From contig CDROCS010003961.1 of assembly GCA_977020255.1 (NCBI GenBank), positions 186,001 to 250,000 of the forward strand: a stretch of 64,000 nucleotides of DNA. The letters run 5' to 3'. Shown here piece after piece: positions 25,817 to 36,540 of the stretch; the first letter of the stretch is position 1, and every line of letters starts with the position of its first letter. Source of the DNA: Obrimoposthia wandeli. Lineage: Eukaryota. Below the pieces are notes generated by a model. That model did not search any database. It was not told where the DNA came from and saw nothing but the letters and a program-made list of their open reading frames with translations. The position numbers were made by a program, and so were the translations under genes.

Positions 25817-27528
25817 TTGAACGAGTCTTTAAAAAATTTAACGGCATCTTTAAATGCATGGCCAATCACACAGTCAGTGTTCTCAGCTTCGGTTAACGAT
25901 AAGGGGATTTTTCCGTATAAAATTATAAAAACAGAAATCCCACCCATAACTGATTTTGAGGGTGTAAGTCTTCAAGACTATAATGAGGCCCGTACATTTT
26001 GGGCGAATAATTGTCGAAATCTTCTAGAATATATGCTTTATTATATGAAGTTAGACATTTATCTTTTAACTGATGTTTTTGAGTCCTTTCGTGTAAAATC
26101 TTTAGCAGAAGATGGGCTAGATCCCATGCATTTCTTTAGTTTACCTGGTCTTTCATGGGCAACAGCAATAAAAACTCTTAAAATTAATATTGAGTTACTG
26201 CAAGATCCCGCGATGTATCAAATGTATGATTATGGTATACGCGGTGGAATAACTTTTGTCAACCAACATCATGTTGTCAAAAATCAATCCACGGAGATTC
26301 TGTACATCGACATTAATAATTTGTATGGGTGGGCGCTTACTCAACCTCTACCTGATGCCAACTTTAAGTGGGTTTATGATGAGGAAGAGTTGAATAAGTT
26401 GATGACAGATTTGGCTACTGTTGATACAGTTTCATCAGATATTGGCTATTTCGTTGAGGTTGACTTATCAATCCCTCCCAATGTGGATGATAAATTAGAT
26501 GATCTCCCTGTAGCACCTGTTCATCAATGCCCACCTAATTCAAAGGTTAAGAAATTACTGTTAACACATGAAGACAAGTTGAATTATGTTGTGCATTGGC
26601 GGCTTCTTCAATTATACTTAAAGTTGGGAGCGAAAGTTACTCGAATTCATCGTGCTATAAGCTTCAGTCAAAACTTTGTGTTTAAAGACTATATTGAGAA
26701 GAATTCTAGAAAACGTAATTTGGACATTAGCAAATTCGATCGACCTTTTTACAAGTTAAAAGTATTAGTCTTTTTGGAAAAACGGTTGAGGACTTGCGGA
26801 AACGTATTTGTCTACGGTTTTGCAATGATGAGCGTAAACTAATAACATATACTAGCAATTACAACTTCAAGCGTAGTTTTACAATTGCAGATGACTTGGT
26901 AGCATTGTTATTAGGAAAACAGAGTATTTGTCTTGATCGATCGAGTTATATAGGTCAAACGGTTTTAGACATTTCTAAACTCAGATTGTACGAGCTTCAA
27001 TACATAGAATTAGAGAAATATCGACAAGAATTCAATTGTGAGATCAAAATCGCAGCTGGGGACACTGACTCTTTCTTTTTAGAATGTAGGAATGTTAGTT
27101 TAAATAATCAATGATTTCCGGCAATGTTTAGGGACAACTTACTAAATACCCATAAATATCCCGCTAACCATCCTCTACACTCTATGAGTTTAAAGGATAT
27201 TATCGGGAAATTTAAGGATGAAAGCGAGGGACAGGTTTCGTATGATGATTGTATTTTCCTATGCCCTAAATGCTACAGTTTACATGCATCTAATAATACA
27301 TGTTCAATGAGAGCAAAGGGTGTGGGAAGAAACAATCTTACACATGAGGCCTACCGGAAAGTTTATGATACTGGGTGTATTGAAAGCGTTGAGCAAACTA
27401 GATTTATTTCAAGAGCCCATCAACTGTATTCCCATAAATCAACCAAAATCGCTTTGAGTAGTAATGACGACAAGCGCTTTTGGGTAGAAAAGAACGCTAG
27501 CCTGGTTTATGGACACTTCCGAATTTAA
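25817..27528 (+). pseudogene. polB: Protein-primed family B DNA polymerase (pPolB), N-terminally truncated and frameshifted
   Basis: KGIFPY, YMKLDIYLLTDVFESFR, GLDP.HF.SLPGLSW, RGGITFV, YIDINNLYG (motif A), YKLK/SLFGKT across a shift near 26765 (motif B), AGDTDS (motif C), GKFKDE, RAKGV, ALSSNDDKR. Confidence 0.95.
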
Positions 27529-27790
27529 ACGGTTTTCATTTTTTGATTTTTTTTAGTTTAGTTTTTTAAAATTTTAGGTCTATATGGCACTTTGACTCTA
27601 ACTTTTTGTTATTTCAATATATCTTTTAGGATGGACCTTATCTTTGCTGACAGATCTCATTGTGATGTTGTGTTTATTAAATGTATTAAAAAATTCGTCT
27701 TATTTCTTTTATTATTTTACCCTTATATTTTTTATGGATTTAAAAAATAATTCAAAATAAAACATTAAAAATATTTATTTTTGTAACACA

Positions 27791-28120
27791 CTAATCATTT
27801 TGCAACGATAACCATAAAATACATAAATGTCCACAGTTTCTCGTCGCAGGATCCTGATATTGTATCTTGTTGTAAAATACTCTTCTTCGTCCTTTTTGAA
27901 TAGTTGAAACAAGTTTGTGTGGATAATACATTGTAAGTGGATCAAATACATGTATTGTCCACTCTCTAACATAAATAACTATCCAATGTTCTCCTGGTAA
28001 ATTCGAAGTATGAGTATTGATAATGTAACCTCCAGATTGAAAAAATGGAATCATATCAATAGGATAAACTCCATTGAATTTATCACCCAAAACCTTCTTT
28101 GCTGATTCTTGTACTTGTAC
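27791..28120 (-). CDS. Adenovirus-like (adenain, C5/Ulp1-type) cysteine protease, 5' end damaged
   Basis: F.GVYPID, IINTH...GEHW, FDP and QYQ.....CG.LC give the His-Asp-Gln-Cys catalytic set. No start codon is retained. Confidence 0.9.
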   Translation of the reverse strand, partial: VQVQESAKKVLGDKFNGVYPIDMIPFFQSGGYIINTHTSNLPGEHWIVIYVREWTIHVFDPLTMYYPHKLVSTIQKGRRRVFYNKIQYQDPATRNCGHLCILWLSLQND

Positions 28121-28122
28121 TT

Positions 28123-28269
28123 AAACAAATTATTAAAGTTCGATTCCTTGTTAGCTTCCTGATACAAATCATCAATTATTATTACATCTTCGTTTTTCAA
28201 TCTTTCACACCAATTTGCATCAAATCTTTCAATAAATTGTATTCCCTATTCCACATCAAAGACAATTAT
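28123..28269 (-). pseudogene. Packaging ATPase (A32/FtsK-like) stump, Walker B region only
   Basis: Translation ...LKNEDVIIIDDLYQEANKESNFNNLF matches the Polinton ATPase hhhhDDL..EA......LF motif. No Walker A. Abuts the protease. Confidence 0.65.
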
Positions 28270-28274
28270 CAACA

Positions 28275-28637
28275 ATGGACGATAACCAACGGGTATTAAA
28301 CGATGAGGAAGATATAGAAATGTTCGAAGAATCGGATAAGGATATGTATGAAGAAGTGAAACAATATTTCAAATACAAAGTCAGATTCTTGAAGAAGGCT
28401 CAACTGAGTGCTTTAGTAAATCCTGTGACAATTGAAAGAAGAAAGTTCAGCTACTATCTATCAAATATTCAAAAACCAGATTTTCAATATCTTAAAGAGA
28501 AAGTTGAAAAGGCAGTTCCGAATTTCACTTTCAATAAGAACGTATTTTATATCCGAGGAGCCGATGAAGCATTTCTAGATGACTATGGAAGATATGTTGA
28601 TTTGATTCGTTTCCGAAAAAGAAGCAATGGACTCTAA
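28275..28637 (+). CDS. Element gene E: unknown 120-aa protein with an acidic N-terminus
   Basis: Intact ATG-to-stop ORF inside the TSD-bounded element. No recognised motif. Confidence 0.6.
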   Translation: MDDNQRVLNDEEDIEMFEESDKDMYEEVKQYFKYKVRFLKKAQLSALVNPVTIERRKFSYYLSNIQKPDFQYLKEKVEKAVPNFTFNKNVFYIRGADEAFLDDYGRYVDLIRFRKRSNGL

Positions 28638-28860
28638 CAATTCGACTTTATGGTTACAAGAAAGATGAAATGGGAACAAAGTTGCCTATGTGGAAAATTG
28701 AACGTGCTCATATTTCAATGTTTTAACTTTTGCGTGTAATAAATTGTAATCGGTTTTACTATGTTTCCTTCATTTAATAATCAGTTTTATTTTTTAAATA
28801 TTTGTATCTTATATGTATTTTGTATAAACATTGTTTTTTAATCAGTTTCCTTATTTTAGA

Positions 28861-29271
28861 ATGGATTCTCTTCTGAGATGTGTAGGAAATTTTTATTATC
28901 CAGAAAGAATTTCAAAAGAAAAACTATGTAATATATTAAAGAAGCATCAAATTATACGAATTATGAATCCTGTGAAAATATCAAAAGTGGAGAATAAATA
29001 TCTCATCGAAATTTTAACAACATCTGATATTGATCAATTGAAAAATATTTTGGGATTTTACATTCCTGATTATGTATATGAAGGAAATTGTTTCCAGCTT
29101 GAAACTGATCCCAGTCTGGATTTTAAAAATTATCTAGGATATTTGATTGCTCCAATTCTAGATGAAGAACTATGGAATATCTCAATACGTCTCAATGGAT
29201 ATTTTGCTGATGATGGGAAAATGCAGCCTCTCTGGACTTTGAGTGAAGCCAATATGTTGTTTTATGTTTAA
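28861..29271 (+). CDS. Element gene F: unknown 136-aa TIR-proximal protein (OB-fold SSB candidate)
   Basis: Intact ORF with ATG right after ttattttag. Two further decayed homologues in this window, each beside a TIR. Confidence 0.7.
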   Translation: MDSLLRCVGNFYYPERISKEKLCNILKKHQIIRIMNPVKISKVENKYLIEILTTSDIDQLKNILGFYIPDYVYEGNCFQLETDPSLDFKNYLGYLIAPILDEELWNISIRLNGYFADDGKMQPLWTLSEANMLFYV

Positions 29272-30899
29272 TAAATATTTTGAAAAATAATTTTGACTCG
29301 TATTTTGTTTTTTCTCCTCTAAATTATATAGATTTAATTTTTCTCTCTGACCTAAATATTTAACATGTAGTAATCTAAAATCTATCATAAAAATAGTAGT
29401 AATATATTTGAAATTTCGTCTGTGATAAGCCGCCGGGGTTAATATGGATTCCAGTGGTCTTCTCTAACCACTTTTGAGATTCGCTGTAAAATTTTTAAAA
29501 ATTATGGGGGAGGGTGAATGGAGACATACATACACGAAATTTCACTCCACACACCTACAAGAAATTTCACTCCACGCACATGCTCGGTTTTAAAGGACAT
29601 TGGGGGACCCCCTTCCTTCCCCCTTTGGGTAGAATGGAGACACACATACACGAAATTTCACTCCACACACCTGCACGGTTTTAAAGGACAGTGGGCGGAG
29701 GGGGTGTGTATTAGACCGAACACATCCACCTACTATCATAAATTAAAGTTAAATTAAATTAACACTTTAATTTAGTTTTCTTTAATAAATAAATGGATTT
29801 CAAATATAATTATATATTTATTTACCATAGGAAAAAATAAGCACCTTAAAAGCTTTTTAAATAATTTACAATTTTGTACCTTAAATATATATATAATTAT
29901 AGCTTGATAGCAATTCTTCAAAATTCAGAACCTTTTTGAAATACAAATTTTCAACCATGGTTTTTTATCATATAATATACCACAATTTTTTTAAATTAAG
30001 TATACATACATATTAACTACCATAATTTAAAATTCAAACAAATTAATCCTATTTATCGTCTCTTTTAAAATTGTCATTTTGCAGATCTGTGCTGTTATTT
30101 GAATAGTGAGACAAACAATTTATAAACATATTATTGTACATTCTATTATAAAAACTCTTAATTCAAAATGTTTAAAATCATAATAACGATAAAAAAACCA
30201 CATCTTTATAATTTATTTACCGAGTTATCCGGACTTATTCTTAGTTTATAGTTTATTCTAGATCTGTTTTAGATCCCTTTCATATGTTGGACTATGCGAA
30301 TAAACTATCAGGAACCAAAATTATTGCAAAATGTTTCTTATATAATATTTAGTAACTTGTATACATTTATTTTCGTTGTCATTAATGTATACAAATGAAT
30401 TCCTCTAATATAAATAAAGATAAACATTTCAAAAGTCCGACATATAGATTTTACTGTTCGGATAGTTAAGATATTTATAATTGTAATTTAAACAGAAAAA
30501 ATACAATTATTTACATGACATGATTATTTTAAAAAATATATTCAGAAACATAAAATTGACTTTTTGGTATTTCTATAAACATTTCCTATATTTTATTGAA
30601 CATTATCTGGTTTAGGAAAACTTTAAATTCTGAATATAATTGAAAATGGTAAATTATTTTCTCAAACTTTAAATGGATAGGATGGGTGGCTTTTTTCATT
30701 GAAGTTGCACGATTTAATAATTATGCCCAGTGAGTAAACATAACTGGCAATGTTCGATGAACAAACGTGTCTATTCAGAAATGTTTCTATTGTTAGTATT
30801 TGATTAGTATTATGAATATTTGACAGAATTCTACTTCTTATAAATTATAAAAGCATAATCATCGTTCAGAAATTCTTAGTTTGGTTATTGGAGATTTAC

Positions 30900-30965
30900 G
30901 AGTCGCGACAGCTTAGTGGTAGACTGTGCGACTGGCAAGTAGTGGTCCAATCCCCGGTAGCAGTC
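30900..30965 (+). other. Degenerate tRNA-derived (SINE head-like) sequence
   Basis: A-box-like CAGCTTAGTGGTAGA and B-box-like GGTCCAATCCCC. No complete cloverleaf. Confidence 0.35.
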
Positions 30966-30974
30966 ATAATTTTC

Positions 30975-31217
30975 TCACAAAATAAATAGCACAGTCTGCT
31001 TAACACTAATTCCCTTTGCTCTCATCTGGAACTTTCCGTCTATAGTTTCTAAGCTATATGATTTGGAGCGTAAAAATACCCATTGCTTATATCTACATTG
31101 CTTACTCTCATCCTCAAACTTGCCTATCGCAGTATTGGCTAAAGGATGGTTTATAGAAAATTTTAATGTGTCTAATAATCCATCTGAAATCATTGCAGAC
31201 AACAGTGTAGCTTGCAC
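30975..31217 (-). pseudogene. polB: Second pPolB C-terminal fragment from a related Polinton
   Basis: LLDTLKFSINHPL...IGKFEDES...VFLRSKSYS...RAKGI aligns by eye with 27124-27330. Confidence 0.85.
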
Positions 31218-32399
31218 GTCTACATTATGACACTTTAGAAAAAAATTCTAATTTGGATATTAAAAAGTTCGATTTTTAATCATTTTTAATCATTTTATGT
31301 TTATATTTATGGATTTTAGAATACATTTTATCGTGTATATTTCAGAATAATGTAAATTAAGATGCAAAGTTGAATCTTAGATCATTTATAAGGATTTTAC
31401 TGTGTAATTTTTTCTGAATAATGTAAATTTCGAATTAGAAAGATCGATTTTCACTCAATTTATAGATTAGAAGATACATTTACCAAGGATTTTTAGAATA
31501 ATGCAAATTATAATGCAAATAATTGATCATTTTTCAATGAATTTACCCATATTTCTATAAATTTTCTTTGATTTTAGTTTAAGGACAAAATTACTTTCAG
31601 AAGAAATAAGTTGTATTTCCTGACGATTCTTATGTGCCAGCGCGTCAATAAAGTTTTCATGGTTTTTTATATGATAGATGCACTAATTGGATTTCTCTTC
31701 AACATATTTAAAGGATTCCTCCGTGTAATAAAGATATAATTTGAAGAGAGTATATAATGATCAATAAGTGAGAGTTTATTACGGATAATTAGAGAGATTA
31801 CTTTGATCAATTAGTCAATTTACGATCAAGAGTATATTATTAATCTGCATCTTTAACTAAGAATTTTATTAAATTTCAAAATGAATCATTAAATCTAAAA
31901 TGTTCTCTACTTTCTTTTAAACAAGTTTTTTTGTAAAAGAATCTGTAAAAGTTTTGTTACTAAAAATGATTAGTTTCAAAGAATATTGTTTGAAGATTAG
32001 CTTATTTAAGGAAATTAATCTATGTAATAAATAATTAATTTAATTATCACTAGTAAACATCGGATATCAATACTATATTGGAACATTTTGTTTAGAAATT
32101 ATTACATCAGGACTAGAAATGGATTAAATTATATTCTCTCTTTCGATTCATTTAAACCTAAAATTATTTTCAAGTATCATTTATTGATATAATTTATTCA
32201 ATAATGTTTAGAGTATGTATTTATCTCAGTCATAATTTATTCATATTACTTGAGTCTATTGATAACTATATTCTCAAAAAATAATTTTTCATTGATCGAT
32301 ATATCAAACAAGAAAATTCTTACAAAACTCTACAAGCTTATTGATGTTATCAATATTATGGAAACTTATTTTCAAACATCAACAACTAGTCGATTTATT

Positions 32400-33540
32400 A
32401 CTTCAAATAAATCGGTTTAGTAAAGAAATTATACATAAAAGGTTCTATAAGATAAATAAAGAAGATGCATGAGATTTGTTACATTTAGATGAGATATGAC
32501 ATGGGTGTTTATAAGGTTTAAGAATAGAAAATAATGGATAGAGTTTTAGAAGAGAAACTCACGATTTGTTCAAAAGGTTCTCTAGAAAAGTAATTAATAC
32601 ATAGAAAGATAAGTAGCGGTTCAGAGGAGAAATTAACGATACTTTTAGGAGGTCTCAAAAATATAGTCTAGATTGGATTATGAAGTGAAATTGATGTGAT
32701 TTATTTAAGAGATTTAGGAATGGAATTTAGGAAGTTTATTACATAGAAGAGGAAATTTACGAGGTATTTAGAAGGTTATAGAAGAAATATTAATGCATAG
32801 AATGGTTATAAAAGACAAATTGAAAAAGTGTTTAAGAGGTTTCAGAAGATATATTATAGATTTGAAGGGTTTAGAAAAGATTTAGCAGGAATGTTTAGGA
32901 GGTATCAGAAAATATAGCCTTAAAAGGTGCTTAGAGAAGTATTTAAAAGGAGTATTTAGGAAGTTTCAAAAAAAAAGAAATTAAATTTGGTTCATAGGGG
33001 AAATTAAAGGGTTCCAAGAGAATTTAACCGAGGAGTTCAGAAGAGAAAATATAACCTTAAAGGAGATAAAAGGAGGATTTAACGGATATTTTAAGAGGTT
33101 TCAGAAGAGGAAATATAACTTAAATTGGTTCAGAGAAGAATTTATATGGGGAGGTTTCAGAAGAAATTAAAGGAATTTAGAGGGAGATTTAACAGGGAGT
33201 TCAAGAGGTTTCAGAAGAAGAAATTAGATGAATTTAGAGGGAAATTTAACGGTGAGTTCAGGAGGTTTCAGAAGAAATTAGATGAATTTAGAGGGAAATT
33301 TAACGATGATGTTTAGATGGTTCAGATTAAAGCTTTGAAGGGTTTAGAAAAGATTTTTGCATGGATGTTTAGGAGGTTTTGATAAATATAGCCTAGATAG
33401 CTAGATTGAATGAAAATAAAAGCGATGTATATAAGATTAGTAGGATTCAGAAGAAAAAATATAGGATATATTTTACTTTGAAAGGAAATTTAATGTGAGT
33501 TAGAAGATATTTAGGTGGTTTAGAAGGGAAATAAGACTAC
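32400..33540 (+). repeat. Purine-skewed, decayed 54-57-bp satellite
   Basis: Best units at 33151 (54 bp), 33205 (57 bp) and 33262 (54 bp): GAGGTTTCAGAAGAA(GAA)ATTAGATGAATTTAGAGGGAAATTTAACG. Related decayed copies flank them. Confidence 0.75.
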
Positions 33541-35529
33541 TGTTCTAAAACTGTAGTGAAATCGTATTTTATCAAAATTCCGGTCATTTAAGATTATGAT
33601 ATAAGCGATCATATTGAATTTCAGCTTTATACTGCTTCAAAGCGAGTTATACCAAAAATTAATCATAAGTATTTTACTCATATTTCGGTCATAACGAAGA
33701 CAATTTTTACAAAAGCAGAGATATTATTCAAACTTTTACCATCTTCTTGTAAATTTTTCGCATATATTTTGGAAAATGATGTTAGAATTAGAATATTAGA
33801 ATTAGAGTATTAGAAGTTAGAGGTTAGATATTGAGTAATAACGATTAGTGGGCATATTCCCAATTATTGATTTTATAGTTGAAAATATTCAATGATGTTG
33901 TAAATAGCTACTTATAAGTCAATAGGTATTAAGGAAAACTTAAAGAAACAACTTCTGAGTATTGATAAAGTCATCATATTTTTATAAAAAATCGGGTGAA
34001 ATCTTTATGATTACTATTAATAGTTTTGGTTCATATAAATGGATTCTATCTTCATTAAAAAATACTTTAAATCAATTAATATTAAGACATTGAATGAAAA
34101 TTAACGATTTCATTAATACATAGTAAATAAGTTATTTTCAAAGAGAGTTTTATCGAAGTCATCAATATTATCGTTCCAAAGCCAATATTTAAGCATTTTA
34201 TCTATTCCTTCTACATTCCTTCAATTAAAATCAAAGCTAGGTATGCTATTTTTTTAAAGATAATGTTTGAAGTATTTTATTGAAATTTAGATGCAATAAT
34301 GAAGAATAGTGTTAAAGAATTGATATATGTGAGGAAATTATGAATTATACCTGGTTTGTTTGACATATTGAACATATATAATCAACCTCTTGTTTGATAT
34401 TAAAAAAATAGGGTTGATAATAGAGGTTTATGGGAAGGAAAGTTATTGAGAATTATAGGAAAATTTATAATTATGTTCTAAAAGTTGGACTTGTGATGAA
34501 GAAATTATACCCGGAATGTTATATATGAGAAGAGATAGTAATTAAAACGTATGCAATATTCAAGAATATAAATGATTAATTACTATTTATATATGTTTCA
34601 AAAGGAAAATTTCTAAGAGTATTAGTGAGAATGAATCAAATAGTTACAGAGACATATCTATCCATTACTTATCAATTTCATCCATCGTTTCAATTTCATG
34701 GATCATCTGATCAATAACTTCAAACATAACAGAGAAATCTCTGGAAGATGCTTCGTGATCATAAATAGTCTTAAGCCAAGATCTCAAAGAAAGTTATACC
34801 GAAATTATATAGATTTAACTAATATCCAAAGACTACTTCTAAAGTCAATATTCAAGCATCTTATCTACATTCATTTCATCAGCCAGCCTTGAATCATCAT
34901 TGATATTTATAATGTAGCATTTCATGAAGCAATGCAAAGTAGAAGAAGATATTACGAAATATTTAGGAGATTTCAGAAGAGAAAATATACCCTAAAAAAA
35001 GTTGAGGAATTAATCAGATATTGTGATGTATGACGGAATATTAAGAAAGTTTTAGAAGCGAAATGGGTTATTTTCTTTTCAAGCAACTCTAAAAGGACTG
35101 CATACAAATCATCACGATAATAACATGTATTGCATGACGAAATCTTTACATAACCTCATATATTATTGATTATTTTCAAAGATAGTTATACTGAAATGAT
35201 CAATAATGTATGTATTGTATCAATATTATGCACAAACCTGATGAAAACACCTCAAGTCAAAGAATCTTATATCAAATTTACAATCATAACAGGTATTGAA
35301 AGATGATTTTATATCACATGTAATTGATAATTTTCTTAAGAAACTGATACCAAAAGTAATAATATTGCATATAATTCATCAATATTATAACAGTTATGGT
35401 AAGCTTTAAAGTTCTATATAAAACCTTGAAAGACATATGATGATTATTGAAAGTTGTACTTAAATTATCAATATTTTACTATTATTTCAATATAGTAAGT
35501 CATATTCAAGTTTTTCATATTTGTCAGTC

Positions 35530-35699
35530 CCGAGCCCTTTGCACCGAAAGGCGCGAAAATTTTTTAGGGGGGGTAGCCCCCCTTGTCCTTTAAAACCGTG
35601 CATGTGTGTGGAGTGAAATTTCACTCCACACACATGCACGGTTTTAAAGGACAAGGGGGGAGGGAGGGGTGTGGATTAGACCGGACACATCCACCTACT
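35530..35699 (+). mobile_element. Orphan Polinton right end containing a perfect 84-bp palindrome
   Basis: Ends GGATTAGACCGGACACATCCACCTACT. 35577-35660 is a perfect loopless inverted repeat centred on GAAATTTC. Confidence 0.9.
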
Positions 35700-36279
35700 G
35701 TCGTCCACACACTTTGGAAACCGCTTGTCTAAATTGATACAGTTAAAGAAAACTTTTATTGTATACCAAAAATGATGCATACATTTTATTTTAGAATTTA
35801 TTTATTTATCAATTTGCCATTTAAAATAGATAGGCAACAGTGAATTTTTAATACAAATAATTTTTATAATGAAAGAGATAAAACAATCCAATGTAACACA
35901 GCTTTTGATCTGCTCAAATGTTTGACGAAAATCGTACTGTACATTCTACAAACAGCCTCAGAAATTGTGAAGTTATTCGAAAAACATTACACGACAGCGT
36001 CAAAATTCGTCATGTCGACTTTCAATGAATTTAGACATCATGTTTTCAGCCTAAATTCAGTAGACATTTAACTGATAAGTCTTGGGTAATGATACTAATG
36101 TGGATAACGATTATCGAGACTCGATATGATATGGATTAAAATTTATAGTTTTGTTTAAATATCTTAATAAAAGACTAGGCCTTATTTTAAATAATTTTTA
36201 TTTGAAGAAAGTATTTGAATATTAATATTATAACAATTTTATAGAAAATGTATGAAGCTATTGAAATATGAAGCGTTAT

Positions 36280-36540
36280 TATTTTGGGACTATAACAGGA
36301 GTGATTAAAAGTGATTATACTGCAAGTAAAATAAACCAGATTCCTTCGTAGAAAATCTAGAGGTCAGACAATGTTTTTGTTACACGATAATGCTCCAGTT
36401 CATAGTGCAGCAAAAACACAGACAAGAGTAGCACATATGGGTTTTATGCAATTGGAACATCCTCCTTATAGTCCAGACCTAGCCCCAAGCGATTTTGGCC
36501 TTTTAGTCATCTTAAAAAGCATTGAAAAGAAGTTTATGTC
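36280..36540 (+). pseudogene. Mariner transposase, C-terminal catalytic fragment
   Basis: FWD-like segment, LLHDNAPVH and EHPPYSPDLAPSDF (D34D region). Confidence 0.9.

Larger units (their letters stand above)
20440..29734 (+). mobile_element. Polinton/Maverick-type element, 9295 bp, non-autonomous (no integrase or capsid detected)
   Basis: AG...CT termini, about 90-bp imperfect TIRs (AGTAGGTGGATGTGT), perfect 6-bp TSD ATCATA (20434-20439, 29735-29740). Contains pPolB, adenain protease and an ATPase Walker B fragment. Confidence 0.95.

Noticed and set aside
33778-33835. TTAGA(A/G) run as interstitial telomere
   Set aside because: It contains no TTAGGG unit and is short low-complexity sequence.
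10716-35699. Pairing the orphan left end (10716) with the right end at 35699 or 54453 as one giant Polinton enclosing KCNQ exons
   Set aside because: The flanks AACATG versus GTCGTC or TACAGT give no TSD, and the enclosed exons belong to the collinear host gene.
16385-36540. N- and C-terminal mariner fragments as one element split by nested insertions
   Set aside because: A conserved KCNQ exon (17729-17855) lies between them.
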